Assembly: GCA_016342285.1 (NCBI GenBank)
Contig: JAEINQ010000027.1
Location: 7,841 to 71,840, forward strand
Reading direction: 5' to 3'
Source of the DNA: Desulfobacterales bacterium
GTDB taxonomy: Bacteria; Desulfobacterota; Desulfobacteria; Desulfobacterales; JAEINQ01
DNA: 64,000 bases
The notes under the pieces are model-generated. The model had not been told where the DNA came from. It ran no database searches and saw only the letters and a program-made list of their open reading frames with translations. The translations under genes were made by a program, and so were the position numbers. Within the stretch, counting starts at the first letter, position 1. Each line of letters begins with the position of its first letter. Shown piece by piece: positions 46,327 to 55,906 of the stretch.

Positions 46327-48360
46327 TCACTGACCCGCCGGCGTTATCGCCGCGCCCGTTTCCTCCGGATTGCAGGGAGTCTGATCCTTGCGAAGGGCCA
46401 CCCGGATCGAGCCTGCGCTCTCAGCCGTCACCGTACATCCGGTAAGGGGGTCAACCGTTTCAAACCGAATACCCGACGGAATGGGAAATCGCCGGACCGG
46501 TTCGCCGGCCAAGGCCTGAATCATGAAATCCGCCCATATGGGCGCGGCCCCGCGGCCGCCGGTGATGCCACGCCCGTCCGGCATCCGAAGCCCACGCTGC
46601 CGGTCAAAACCGACCCATACCGAGGTGCTCAGGGTCGGGGTAAACCCGGTGAACCAGGCGTCCTTGTAGTCGTTGGTGGTCCCGGTCTTGCCGGCGGCAG
46701 GCAGGTCAAACCCCATGCGCCGGACCGTGGCCCCGGTACCGGCATCCATTACGCCTTGCATCATATCCACCACTTGAAAGGCCATGCCCGGGTCAAGCAC
46801 CCGCTCGCTGCCCACGATCCTCTCGTCCAGAACCCGCCCCAGGACGTCTTCCACCCGCCAGATCAGAAACGGCGCATGGTGAATGCCGCCGGTGGCAAAG
46901 GTGGCAAAACCGGCAGCCATCTCCATGGGGCTGACCGGGCTCGTCCCCAGAGCCACGGAATAGACCCGGTCAAGCTGACTGCGGACACCGCAACGGCGGG
47001 CCACATCGATGACCGCATCCGGCCCGGTATCGGCCACCAACTGGGCGGCAACGGTATTGACCGAGTGCATCAGGGCGGCCTTTAAAATCATGGGGCCGTT
47101 GCTGCGCCGCTCGAAATTACGCGGCCGCCAGTCCTTGGCCCCGACCACGGGAAGGGTCACGGATCGGTCCACCACCGCGGCAGCCGGAGACAGTCCCAGG
47201 GTCTCCATGGCCGCATAGTAGAGAAAGGGCTTGAAGCCGGACCCGGGCTGTCGGTTGTTCTGAACGGCCCGGTTGTAGGTCGTTGTCAGGTAATTCCGGC
47301 CGCCAACCATGGCTTTGACCGCTCCGGAATGGGTCTCCAGGGCCACCAGTGCCCCCTGGCAAAGCGCGCCCGGTTCCAGTTCTTCGGCATCGGTCACACC
47401 AAGCAATTTATCCAGGCCGGTAAGCCCCTTGGCAACGGCTCGGACAGCGGCCGACTGAAGCCGCGGGTCCAGGGTGGTCGTGACCCGAAGACCGCCGTGG
47501 TAGACCACCTCCGGTCCGTACTCGCTTTCCAGTTCCTGGACGACGGCATCAATAAAATAGCTGCCGGTGCGCCTGCCGCCCTGGCGATCGGCCAATTGCA
47601 GGGGGTCTTCAGCAGCCTGGCGGACCTGGTCGGCGCTGATGGTTCCCACGGCGGCCATTCGTCCCAGGACGGTCCTCTGGCGCGCCCGGGCCCGATTGAA
47701 ATGCAAGAAGGGGTTGTAACGGGTCGGCGACTTGGGAAGGCCGGCCAGCAGGGCGGATTCCGCCAGGGTCAACCGCGAGGCTGACTTTTGGAAGAACCGA
47801 CGGGCAGCCTGTTCGATGCCGTAGGCCCCGGGACCGAAGGGAATCTGGTTGAGATAGGCTTCGAGGATCTCCCGCTTGCTGTACCGGTGTTCGATCTGAA
47901 AGGCCGCCAGCAACTCCTTGAACTTGCGGCCGTAGGACCGCTCAAAGCTGAAAAAGAGATTCTTTGCCAGTTGCTGGCTGATGGTGGACGCCCCCTGAAT
48001 GCGGCCGGGTTCGAACAGGGTAATCCACAGGGCCTTGACCGTGCGCAGCTTGTCCACGCCGTGGTGCTCCCAGAAACGGTGGTCCTCGGTGGCCACAACG
48101 GCCTGAATAAAATGGGGTGAAATCTGATCCAGGGGGACAAACTCCCTTCCGCCCAGAACCATGATCCGCTCCCCCGAAGCCGCAAATATCTCCGTCGGCG
48201 GTGTCTCAATGATCTTTCGCAGAGGATCCGGAATGCGGGGAAGGTCTTCCACGGCCATCAAAACCATGGCAAACAGGGCCAGGGCCGCGCAGGCGGCACC
48301 CAGTACGCCCAGATAGAACAGCCCGGAAAGACGGCGGAGAAAAGAGGCGGCCGGCGTCAT
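46327..48360 (-). CDS. Class A penicillin-binding protein (PBP1A-type transglycosylase/transpeptidase)
   Basis: ATGA overlap with the upstream gene fixes the start at 48360. EDHRFWEHHGVD and RKFKELLAAFQIE (GT51). SGFKPF, SVN and KTGTT (transpeptidase). Confidence 0.9.
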   Translation of the reverse strand: MTPAASFLRRLSGLFYLGVLGAACAALALFAMVLMAVEDLPRIPDPLRKIIETPPTEIFAASGERIMVLGGREFVPLDQISPHFIQAVVATEDHRFWEHHGVDKLRTVKALWITLFEPGRIQGASTISQQLAKNLFFSFERSYGRKFKELLAAFQIEHRYSKREILEAYLNQIPFGPGAYGIEQAARRFFQKSASRLTLAESALLAGLPKSPTRYNPFLHFNRARARQRTVLGRMAAVGTISADQVRQAAEDPLQLADRQGGRRTGSYFIDAVVQELESEYGPEVVYHGGLRVTTTLDPRLQSAAVRAVAKGLTGLDKLLGVTDAEELEPGALCQGALVALETHSGAVKAMVGGRNYLTTTYNRAVQNNRQPGSGFKPFLYYAAMETLGLSPAAAVVDRSVTLPVVGAKDWRPRNFERRSNGPMILKAALMHSVNTVAAQLVADTGPDAVIDVARRCGVRSQLDRVYSVALGTSPVSPMEMAAGFATFATGGIHHAPFLIWRVEDVLGRVLDERIVGSERVLDPGMAFQVVDMMQGVMDAGTGATVRRMGFDLPAAGKTGTTNDYKDAWFTGFTPTLSTSVWVGFDRQRGLRMPDGRGITGGRGAAPIWADFMIQALAGEPVRRFPIPSGIRFETVDPLTGCTVTAESAGSIRVALRKDQTPCNPEETGAAITPAGQ

Positions 48361-49274
48361 GGCGTTTTCCATCCCCGAAGAATGTCGTCCACGGAAACGG
48401 CCGGACCATTCGGTGCTTCCAAAGCAGCCCGCAGCCGCCAGACGGCCCATCCCTGTCCCTGAACCTGAAGCACCGCCGTCCCTTCGGGGGTCTCGATTTC
48501 AAAGGCCAGTTCGATGTGCTCTGAAATCGTCTCGTCGGAAATGCCCACCCTCAGAATCTGGCCGGACAGGTCCAGCAACTGCCCGGGTCGGGGAAGAACG
48601 CCCCGCCGCACATCGTCAGGCTGACCGGACAGGGCTTCGAAAAAGGCGGCCGCCCCGTAGATACGATCCTTAAATTTTGTCAGGGCATCCAGGTTGCCGG
48701 GCTGGGCAACACCGCTGAGGGACGCCTGCTTCATCTGCAGGGCACTCAACTGAAGCTGTTGCAAAACCCGGTTTTCCCCGTCGAGAAAATAGACGGCCAG
48801 TCCGTCCGCAGAGCGCTCCAGATAGGTCCGACGCCACTGGCCCCGGCTGAGTATGCCCAGCAACACAACCGGCGGTATCATCTCACCGGCAACGGTTTCG
48901 GGGAGGCTTCGGTAAAGGCGGCAGAACCGGTCCGGGCCCAGCATGGCCCCCTGCCCGGGGGCCAGGCGCTCGGCGATCTGGCCGAACGTCTCCGCCTCCC
49001 GTGCCTCGCGAAGGGAATCCTGCCGATCAATGACAATCTTCTCCAGGGTCTGTCGGGCCGTTCGGGCCTGCCGGCCCTGGTCCCAGATGGCACCGGATTG
49101 GGGCCTTGCCTCGTTGGTGGTGGCCAGGTAGGCGCCCAGGGTCTGTTCGACCCAGTCAAATCGCAATTCGGAAAGGCCCGCCATCAGGATGATCAAACAC
49201 AGCACCACCGGCCGCGTCCCCAACAGACGTCGGCGCCACTCTCGCAGGTCTTTTGGCTCAGCCCAGCTTGTCAT
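48357..49274 (-). CDS. Hypothetical membrane-anchored protein co-transcribed with the PBP
   Basis: 305 aa from the ATG at 49274 with an N-terminal TM (VVLCLIILMAGL). No recognised motif. Confidence 0.6.
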   Translation of the reverse strand: MTSWAEPKDLREWRRRLLGTRPVVLCLIILMAGLSELRFDWVEQTLGAYLATTNEARPQSGAIWDQGRQARTARQTLEKIVIDRQDSLREAREAETFGQIAERLAPGQGAMLGPDRFCRLYRSLPETVAGEMIPPVVLLGILSRGQWRRTYLERSADGLAVYFLDGENRVLQQLQLSALQMKQASLSGVAQPGNLDALTKFKDRIYGAAAFFEALSGQPDDVRRGVLPRPGQLLDLSGQILRVGISDETISEHIELAFEIETPEGTAVLQVQGQGWAVWRLRAALEAPNGPAVSVDDILRGWKTP

Positions 49275-49416
49275 GGCCAGCAATTAGACATATTTTCCAC
49301 GATATCGCAACACCATTGACGTCCAGGCAGAGCGAAAGTGCGTAAAAACAGGCTTCGGTCGCGACAGGGCCGCCCGGCCGCGGGGCCTCGGGAATCGACG
49401 CCGGCAATATTTTCGT

Positions 49417-49445
49417 TTGCCGTCAATCGACGCCGCGGGTATAAT
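49417..49445 (+). promoter_or_regulatory. Sigma70-type promoter for the HDOD/kinase operon
   Basis: TTGCCG - 17 nt - TATAAT. Confidence 0.5.
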
Positions 49446-49542
49446 TGGGAACACCGATGGGTCCATGAGAACGCGGATGCTTAAAATCGGACAACAACAG
49501 TTGCCATGGACATGATGAAAGATTCATCTCCAGAGGAGCCAA

Positions 49543-50427
49543 ATGAACGCTGAAAACGACCGCCCCGCCGCCATGGATGCAATTTTCGAGCAGCTTGACC
49601 AATCCGACATCGCATCGATCAAAGGCGTGGTCTCGGGCGTCCTTCAGATCATCAGCGATCCAACATCCACGGCCAAAAACCTCAAGGAAATTGTCGAGAT
49701 CGACCCGCCCCTGACCGCGCGGGTTCTTTTTCTTGCCAATTCCGCCCATTACGCCCCCCGGATCAAGATTCTCGACATCATGCAGGCCATCATCTTCGTT
49801 GGCTTCGACGCCATCAAGGAACTGGCCCTGAGCCAGAAAGTGGCCAACATCTTCCAGAACGGAGCGACCGTCGGCGGTTATTCCAGCGAAGCCCTGTGGA
49901 AACACTGCCTGGCCACTGCTCTGTTCACCAAGATGATCTACCGGCGGGAATTCCGGGAACGGGGCGACAACGCCTATGCCTGCGGACTGCTGCACGATAT
50001 CGGCATCATCGCCCTTCAACAGTTTATGCCCGAAGTTTTTTACCGCATCCTGAAAACCGCGGAAGCGGAAAACATCGCCTTGACCGCCGCTGAAAAAGCG
50101 GCACTGGGTTTTGACCACGCCGACCTGGGCAGGGCCATCACCGAATACTGGAATTTCCCCGAAGATATCGTCCAGGCCATCGGTGCCCATCACGCCCCCG
50201 GCCAAGACCCTTCCCGCCTTGCCCAAACCCTGTTCATCGCCGACACCGTCACCCGCGGCAATGAGCTGGGCTATGAAAGCCGGCCCGCGGTGGAAAAAGC
50301 GCTCTTCCAAACCTGTCTCAACGAGCTGAACATAAACCACCAGGCCGTTGCGCTCGTATTGGCCGATGTTCAAAAAGAGATCGCCAACATGGAAACACAG
50401 GGAATGCTGAGCTATGGCAATCGATGA
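49543..50427 (+). CDS. HDOD-domain signalling protein
   Basis: 294 aa. ...LQIISDPTSTAKNLKEIVEIDPPLTARVLFLANSAHY...GLLHDIG... Confidence 0.8.
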   Translation: MNAENDRPAAMDAIFEQLDQSDIASIKGVVSGVLQIISDPTSTAKNLKEIVEIDPPLTARVLFLANSAHYAPRIKILDIMQAIIFVGFDAIKELALSQKVANIFQNGATVGGYSSEALWKHCLATALFTKMIYRREFRERGDNAYACGLLHDIGIIALQQFMPEVFYRILKTAEAENIALTAAEKAALGFDHADLGRAITEYWNFPEDIVQAIGAHHAPGQDPSRLAQTLFIADTVTRGNELGYESRPAVEKALFQTCLNELNINHQAVALVLADVQKEIANMETQGMLSYGNR

Positions 50428-51817
50428 TCCACGCCTCCGGGAACTGGAGGAAAAAAACGCCCTGCTGGAAACCCGGGTCAAACACCTGACCAACGATCTG
50501 CACCTGACCCGGGAAGAAAACGAGGCCTCCCTGGTCCGGTACCTGGACATCCACACAAACCTGGAAAAGAAGGTGGCCGAGCGGACCGCCGAACTGGCCC
50601 GGACCAACCAAACCCTTCAAAACGAAATCCTTGAGCGCCGAAGGGCCGAAACCCGGCTCCAGCAGAGCCAGAAAATGAAAGCCATCGGCACCCTGGCCGG
50701 CGGCATCGCCCATGACTTCAACAATATCCTGGCCGCCATCATGGGGTATACGGAGATGTCCCTGATGGATACGGACGAGGCCTCATCGGTTCACCGACGA
50801 CTGACCAACGTTTTAAAAGCCACCAATCGGGCCAAGGAGCTGATTCACCAGATCCTGACATTCAGCCGTCAGAATGACCCGGAAATACGGCCGATGGCCC
50901 CTCTGCCCATCATCAAGGAAACCATTAAAATGATGCGGGCCTCCCTTCCCGCGACCGTGGAGATCCGTCAGCGGATTCCCGCCAGCTCGGCCATGATCAT
51001 GGCCGACCCGGATCACATTCACCAGATCCTGATGAACCTGTGCACCAACGCCAGCCAGGCCATGGCAAAAAACGGCGGAACCCTGGAGCTGCGGATGACG
51101 GAAGTTGACTTTGACACCGAGACCGCCCATCGGGACCAGGACCTGTTGCCTGGCAAATACTTGAAGCTCACCGTGGCGGACACGGGCCGCGGCATGGACC
51201 GGGCCGAACTGGAACAGATTTTCGATCCTTATTTCACCACCAAACAGACCGTGGACGGTGACGGATCGGGGTTGGGGCTCTCCGTGGTGCACGGCATCAT
51301 TCACAGCCACGGCGGCACCATCGCCGTCAACAGTGAATTGGGAACAGGAACAACGGTGGACGTCTTTTTTCCCATCATCGAACCGGCCAAAACCGATCCG
51401 GCAGCAGTAAAAACACCGATCCCTTTAGGCCGGGAACGGATCCTGTTTGTGGATGATGAGCAAGCACTGGCCGATGTCGGCCTCCAGATGCTCCAGCGCC
51501 TGGGATACCATGTGGTGCCCCGGACCAGCAGTGTGGAAGCCCTGGAAGCCTTTCGGGCCCATCCCGATCGTTTCGATCTGGTCGTCACCGACCAGACCAT
51601 GCCCAACATGACCGGCACGGAACTGGCCCGGGAAATTCATCGCATCCGCCCGGACATCCCCATCATCCTGTGCACCGGTTTCAGTGAAAAATTTCCCGGT
51701 GAGCTGGGCCCCGGAATCGGCATCGACGATTTCCTTTTCAAGCCCATCGCCCTTCGCGATTTTGCCGACACCATCCGCCGGGTACTGGACCAGCCCCACA
51801 TTTCCATGACGTCCTGA
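50414..51817 (+). CDS. Hybrid histidine kinase (coiled coil, HisKA, HATPase, receiver)
   Basis: 467 aa. GIAHDFNNIL, DTGRGM, GSGLGL, receiver ILFVDDEQ...DLVVTDQTMPNMTG. 14-nt overlap with the HDOD gene. Confidence 0.9.
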   Translation: MAIDDPRLRELEEKNALLETRVKHLTNDLHLTREENEASLVRYLDIHTNLEKKVAERTAELARTNQTLQNEILERRRAETRLQQSQKMKAIGTLAGGIAHDFNNILAAIMGYTEMSLMDTDEASSVHRRLTNVLKATNRAKELIHQILTFSRQNDPEIRPMAPLPIIKETIKMMRASLPATVEIRQRIPASSAMIMADPDHIHQILMNLCTNASQAMAKNGGTLELRMTEVDFDTETAHRDQDLLPGKYLKLTVADTGRGMDRAELEQIFDPYFTTKQTVDGDGSGLGLSVVHGIIHSHGGTIAVNSELGTGTTVDVFFPIIEPAKTDPAAVKTPIPLGRERILFVDDEQALADVGLQMLQRLGYHVVPRTSSVEALEAFRAHPDRFDLVVTDQTMPNMTGTELAREIHRIRPDIPIILCTGFSEKFPGELGPGIGIDDFLFKPIALRDFADTIRRVLDQPHISMTS

Positions 51818-51825
51818 AACACCGA

Positions 51826-52422
51826 TCAGATTTTTTCCATCACCTCACACCGCTCCACAAAAACGGCAATCTGCTCCGTGGCACTGTGGAGTCCGGCCAA
51901 GGCGTTTTGGAGCTTGAGGGTCAGAGGATCCTCCTGGCCCAAGTCCGCTTCCGCTTCCTTTAGCAGCCCATGGCCGTCATTGAGGATTTTGCCCATTTTT
52001 CTCAGCAGCGTCTTTCGCCGGCGATGCTTCTCCTTCTCCTTTTCAATAATCGGCAACAGGCGCTGGATCGAATATTCCACCAATGCATCCCGTGGCGTTT
52101 CAAAGCTTCGGCATGTCCGTTCCAGAATCGAAAGGCTTCGGCGGCTCAGGACAAAGGTCTTTTGCACCCTCACGGCGATATCAACAGGATCGCTCCCCAC
52201 CTCTCTGGCAATATGTTCCAGGACACGGGCATCCTCAATGAGGTGGTCGAAAAGGGATTTTTGCTTAAGCCCCAGATGCACCGCGGCAATGCTCAGGGCA
52301 TCGATGGCCTGCCGGGACAGCCTGAAGGTCGCCCGGACCGACTGTTTCCCCCGCAGCCCCGAAGGTGCCGGAAACGGGAGATCGATGCCTTCACCGGCCC
52401 TCTTGTCATGCTTACCCGTCAT
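51826..52422 (-). CDS. Hypothetical protein (possible ribbon-helix-helix N-terminus)
   Basis: The track ORF extends to 52470. The ATG at 52422 has a GGAGGTG SD. SVRATFRLSRQAIDALSIAA resembles an RHH strand-helix. Confidence 0.55.
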   Translation of the reverse strand: MTGKHDKRAGEGIDLPFPAPSGLRGKQSVRATFRLSRQAIDALSIAAVHLGLKQKSLFDHLIEDARVLEHIAREVGSDPVDIAVRVQKTFVLSRRSLSILERTCRSFETPRDALVEYSIQRLLPIIEKEKEKHRRRKTLLRKMGKILNDGHGLLKEAEADLGQEDPLTLKLQNALAGLHSATEQIAVFVERCEVMEKI

Positions 52423-52477
52423 GGTCACCTCCATTGCGTCCCATGGTTTCAATTCGCCGCTGGCATCCATGTCCTCA

Positions 52478-52507
52478 GGTCAGGGTCAGGGTCAGGGTCA
52501 GGGTCAA
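52478..52507. repeat. (GGTCAG)x5 hexamer tandem repeat
   Basis: Read directly, upstream of the hypothetical gene. Confidence 0.9.
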
Positions 52508-52603
52508 ATGGCTACTCCGAGACACCGATGCTGCAAGTGCTAAAAGTATTGTCGAATTTGGAATTATCGAATTAAAGGAAGTCCGTCAATTCGCCAATCC
52601 GTT

Positions 52604-52740
52604 AATAAAAAATGGTGGCGCGTAGCGACTCCTCAACTTTAGTCACTATAGCTCACTTTAGTCACTCCACACTTATCTGATCCGGTATCCCAGCCCGCTT
52701 CAAGGGGCAAACCAAAGCCCGGTCCTTCGGGCCAGGATTC
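52604..52740 (-). repeat. Composite repeat C2 + B4 (inverted copy of 35881..36010)
   Basis: Its reverse complement aligns along the full length with 35881..36010. Confidence 0.9.
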
Positions 52741-53020
52741 TTTGATCCAAACCGGTTATTACTATATCCTAATATTATTTTTTAGTAATGCAACTTTGTG
52801 GCTTTCCCGCTATAGTCCCTTATGCGGGATGGCATCTGACGCCGTAGCTGTGGTACTATCGACCATCCCGACCTGTCGGGTAGAAGCTGAAAGCAAAGCC
52901 TGAAGGGGTTTCAATTTCGAAGGCTAAAATAAGACATTTATCTTTTATATTATTTGGTTATACCCCATTTCGAAATTTGTAACGCTCAGTTGGGTGGGAG
53001 CAACTGCACCGGAGACCCTC

Positions 53021-53197
53021 ATGTCCATTCGACTCATCGCCCAGGATCTGTACCGACTCATTCGGGAAGTGGAAGCGCTGCAGCAACGGATCGATGCGGC
53101 CCCTGAAAATCAAAAGGCGGCGCTGGAGGACACAATGCGGAAGAAAAAAGCTGAACGGGATCGGATGCGACGTGCCCTGGACGGCCGGAAGGAGTAA
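53021..53197 (+). CDS. Small coiled-coil protein (58 aa)
   Basis: GGAGA SD. MSIRLIAQDLYRLIREVEALQQRIDAAPENQKAALEDTMRKKKAERDRMRRALDGRKE. Followed by a double hairpin. Confidence 0.5.
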   Translation: MSIRLIAQDLYRLIREVEALQQRIDAAPENQKAALEDTMRKKKAERDRMRRALDGRKE

Positions 53198-53345
53198 GGC
53201 CCCACCCGCAGAGCGGGTGGCCTCAGGAAGCCCCCCGGAGGGGGGCTAAATGCTCAATATCCAATCCTCAATACTCAATGTCCAAGGCTGCATTCTGCCA
53301 TATCTTAGCTTAAAAAAACGGAACGAAGCGACTCCGCAATTTTGA
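53198..53345 (+). repeat. Family E double hairpin + family D element (D2, right arm missing)
   Basis: CCACCCGC-agag-GCGGGTGG, AGCCCCCC-gga-GGGGGGCT, then aatgctcaatatccaatcctcaatactcaatgtcc...ttctgccat...gaacgaagcga. Confidence 0.85.
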
Positions 53346-53368
53346 TGGTCCCGTAAAAAGTCCAGAAT

Positions 53369-53441
53369 TACCACAAAGACACAAAGTTAAGGCATTAAAT
53401 TCAAAGCGTTTATTCTTTGTGTTCTTTGTGCCTTCGTGGTT
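53369..53441. repeat. Family F hairpin, copy F3
   Basis: accacaaagacacaaag...ctttgtgttctttgtgccttcgtggt. Confidence 0.8.
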
Positions 53442-53467
53442 AAAAACGATTTTTACGAATGTATCAA

Positions 53468-53560
53468 TTTTAGGCACTGGCCAACGAATGAAACGGCATA
53501 GCCAATTGACTCTGACCACGCCCAAAGGACGTGGATTCCTACTTTGAGTTGAACATTGGA
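53468..53560 (+). repeat. Family A repeat, copy A4
   Basis: ttttaggcactggccaac...ggcatagccaattgactctgaccacgcccaaaggacgtggattcctactttgagttgaacattgg. Confidence 0.85.
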
Positions 53561-53640
53561 AATTCACCTGCCCGCTTTCTCGCGGCAGCGGTAAAACCTT
53601 TTCGAGGCCACCACGATCAGTGGTGGCTTGATTTCAGAGC

Positions 53641-53675
53641 AAAAAAGCCGGGCCCTTTCGGTGCCCGGCTTTTTA
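53641..53675. terminator. Strong bidirectional rho-independent terminator (ends the acyl-CoA dehydrogenase operon)
   Basis: AAAAAAGCCGGGC-cctttcggt-GCCCGGCTTTTT. Confidence 0.8.
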
Positions 53676-53695
53676 TTGATATCCTTGATTTCCCG

Positions 53696-53786
53696 AATTC
53701 GCCAATCCGTCAATTCACAATTAACAATTCGGCAATTCGCCAATCCGTCAATTCGCTAATCCGCCAATTCGCCAATTCCCAATTGC
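53696..53786 (-). repeat. Tandem 7/8-mer array (AATYCGYC family, about 11 units) in the 3' UTR of the acyl-CoA dehydrogenase gene
   Basis: aattcgcc aatccgtc aattcac aattaac aattcggc aattcgcc aatccgtc aattcgct aatccgcc aattcgcc aattccc. Confidence 0.9.
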
Positions 53787-53789
53787 TTT

Positions 53790-55604
53790 TCACCCCCCGA
53801 AAGCCGCATCCGTCATATCAACGGCCGCGGCCCCGCCGGCACAGACCGAATCCATCTTGCCCAGGGTGACCGGAAGGATGGTTTCGATGAAAAACCGGGC
53901 CGAACCGATCTGGCCCCGGTAAAAATCAATGTCTTTTTTCTTTGCCTGGCCCGCCAGTTTCTCCGTTGCGATACCGGCCCGCCACAGCAGCATCCAGGCC
54001 ATGATCACGTCGCCGAAAGCATCCTGGAAAGGGACGGCGTGGGCAAAGGCCGTTTTAAAGGCCGGGCTCATGGCCTTGCCGCCGATGGCCATGGCGGTCT
54101 CGCCCAACCGGTTGAGTGCCGTTTCCAGGGCTGACGAAAGACCGGCCAGGTCCTCGGTCTCCCGGGTAGCGGCAACGGTCTTCTGCATCTCCTGGATCAG
54201 GTTCATGAAAACCGCTCCCTTTTTCATCCCCAGCTTTCGGCCGAGCAGGTCCATGGCCTGAATGCCGTTGGTTCCCTCATAGATGGAGGCAATGCGCACG
54301 TCGCGCAGCAGTTGCTCCACCGGATATTCCTGGGTATAGCCGTAACCACCGAAAACCTGAACCGCTTCTGAACAGATCGAAAACCCCCGATCGGTGCAGT
54401 AGGACTTGATCACCGGGGTCAACAGATCGAGCAGGTCCTTGTAATAGACCCGCTCATCCTCGTCAGCGGCACACTTTTCCCGGTCCAGACAAAGCGCCCC
54501 ATAGTAAAGCAGGGATCGCATCCCCTCGATGTGGCTCTTCATCCACATGAGCATGCGCCGAACATCCGGGTGCTCGATGATGGGAACCTGGGGTGCCTCC
54601 TGGTCCATCATGTTCTCCAGTGCCCGACCCTGCTTGCGCTGCCGGGCATAGTCCAGGGCATAGAGATAGGCGGTCGACGCATTGGAAAATCCGATGCCCC
54701 CCACCAGAAGACGGGCGGCGTTCATCAGGTGAAACATCACCCGCATCCCCTTGTTCTCCTCGCCCAGCAGCAACCCCCGGCACCCGCCCTTGCTGCCGAA
54801 ACTCATGGAGCAGGTAGCGCTGGCGTGAATCCCCATCTTCTCTTCGATGCCGGTGCAGACCACGTCGTTGGGCTCGCCCATGCCGCCATCGGGATTGACC
54901 CAGATCTTGGGCACAATAAAGAGCGATATGCCCCGGGTTCCCTTGGGTGCGCCTTCGATCCGGGCCAGCACCGGATGGATGATGTTTTCCGTCAGGTCCT
55001 GCTCGGCGTTGGTGATAAATATCTTGTTTCCGGTGATGGTGTATGTGCCGTCCGGATTTTTCTTCGCGGTCGTGGAAAGATTGCCCACATCGGATCCGGC
55101 ATCGGATTCGGTCAACACCATGGTGCCACCCCATTGGCCGGAATACATTTTCTTCAAAAACATCGCTTTCTGTTCTTCGGTGCCGAAGATTTCGATCACC
55201 TCTCCGGCCCCAAAACCGCTCCATCCATACAGGGCAAAGGCGTAGTTGGCCCCAAGAAAAAATTCGGTGGCCGCCTGGGCGATAACGTAGGGCAGCCCCT
55301 GCCCCCCGACCTCGGGTCCGGCGGTCAGGGCGATCCATTCGCCTTCCGTGAAAAGTTTGTAGGGCCGATGAAAGCACTCGGGGACAAAGACCTGGTTGTT
55401 CTCAAACCGAAGCCCCTGCCGGTCACCTTCGGCAAACGTGGGCAGGATCTCTTTGACCGCCAGATTGCGGGCTTCTCCCAGAATCAGGTCAAGGGTTTTC
55501 CGATCCAGTTCCGCATACCGCTCGTGGCTGCAAAGCCGGTCCACGCCCAGTTGCTCGTAGAGGGCAAATTCCATATCCCGTCGATCGGCCAGGATCTGTG
55601 CCAT
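53790..55604 (-). CDS. Large acyl-CoA dehydrogenase (about 600 aa class with a C-terminal extension)
   Basis: 604 aa. ...GWSGFGAGE...LTESDAGSD...GIHASATC...IYEGTNGIQAMDLLGRK. Confidence 0.9.
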   Translation of the reverse strand: MAQILADRRDMEFALYEQLGVDRLCSHERYAELDRKTLDLILGEARNLAVKEILPTFAEGDRQGLRFENNQVFVPECFHRPYKLFTEGEWIALTAGPEVGGQGLPYVIAQAATEFFLGANYAFALYGWSGFGAGEVIEIFGTEEQKAMFLKKMYSGQWGGTMVLTESDAGSDVGNLSTTAKKNPDGTYTITGNKIFITNAEQDLTENIIHPVLARIEGAPKGTRGISLFIVPKIWVNPDGGMGEPNDVVCTGIEEKMGIHASATCSMSFGSKGGCRGLLLGEENKGMRVMFHLMNAARLLVGGIGFSNASTAYLYALDYARQRKQGRALENMMDQEAPQVPIIEHPDVRRMLMWMKSHIEGMRSLLYYGALCLDREKCAADEDERVYYKDLLDLLTPVIKSYCTDRGFSICSEAVQVFGGYGYTQEYPVEQLLRDVRIASIYEGTNGIQAMDLLGRKLGMKKGAVFMNLIQEMQKTVAATRETEDLAGLSSALETALNRLGETAMAIGGKAMSPAFKTAFAHAVPFQDAFGDVIMAWMLLWRAGIATEKLAGQAKKKDIDFYRGQIGSARFFIETILPVTLGKMDSVCAGGAAAVDMTDAAFGG

Positions 55605-55644
55605 GGGTCAATCCTTTCAATGGTTGGGTAAGCTTGCCGGTGAG

Positions 55645-55825
55645 GCTCCACCCGCAGAGCAGATGGTCTCAGTCAAGTCCCCCGGAGAGGGGCAAAATAT
55701 TCAATATCCAACTCCCAATTTCCAATTTCCAAGTAATGTATTTTGCCATTTATCACTTTCTGACAATGGCGGAGTGAAGCGACACTGGGTCATTGAACAT
55801 TGGGAGTTGGACATTCGAAATTATC
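55645..55825. repeat. Family E remnant + MITE-like family D element D3
   Basis: Arms aatattcaatatccaactcccaatttccaatttccaag / cattgaacattgggagttggacattcgaaatt around ...tttgccat...ggagtgaagcga. Confidence 0.85.
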
Positions 55826-55906
55826 TCTTAAAAGGCCGTTTGTTTTCTCACAACAATGGCTGCTCTTTTGGGGGCCGCCACAAATCGTGGCGGCCCGTGT
55901 ATCCCA

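Noticed and set aside
52860-52920. c-di-GMP-I (GEMM) riboswitch, because of a GCAAAGCC segment
   Set aside because: The surrounding sequence lacks the two-hairpin GNRA tetraloop/receptor architecture and the other conserved GEMM positions as I remember them. Retained only as a generic structured-leader candidate.
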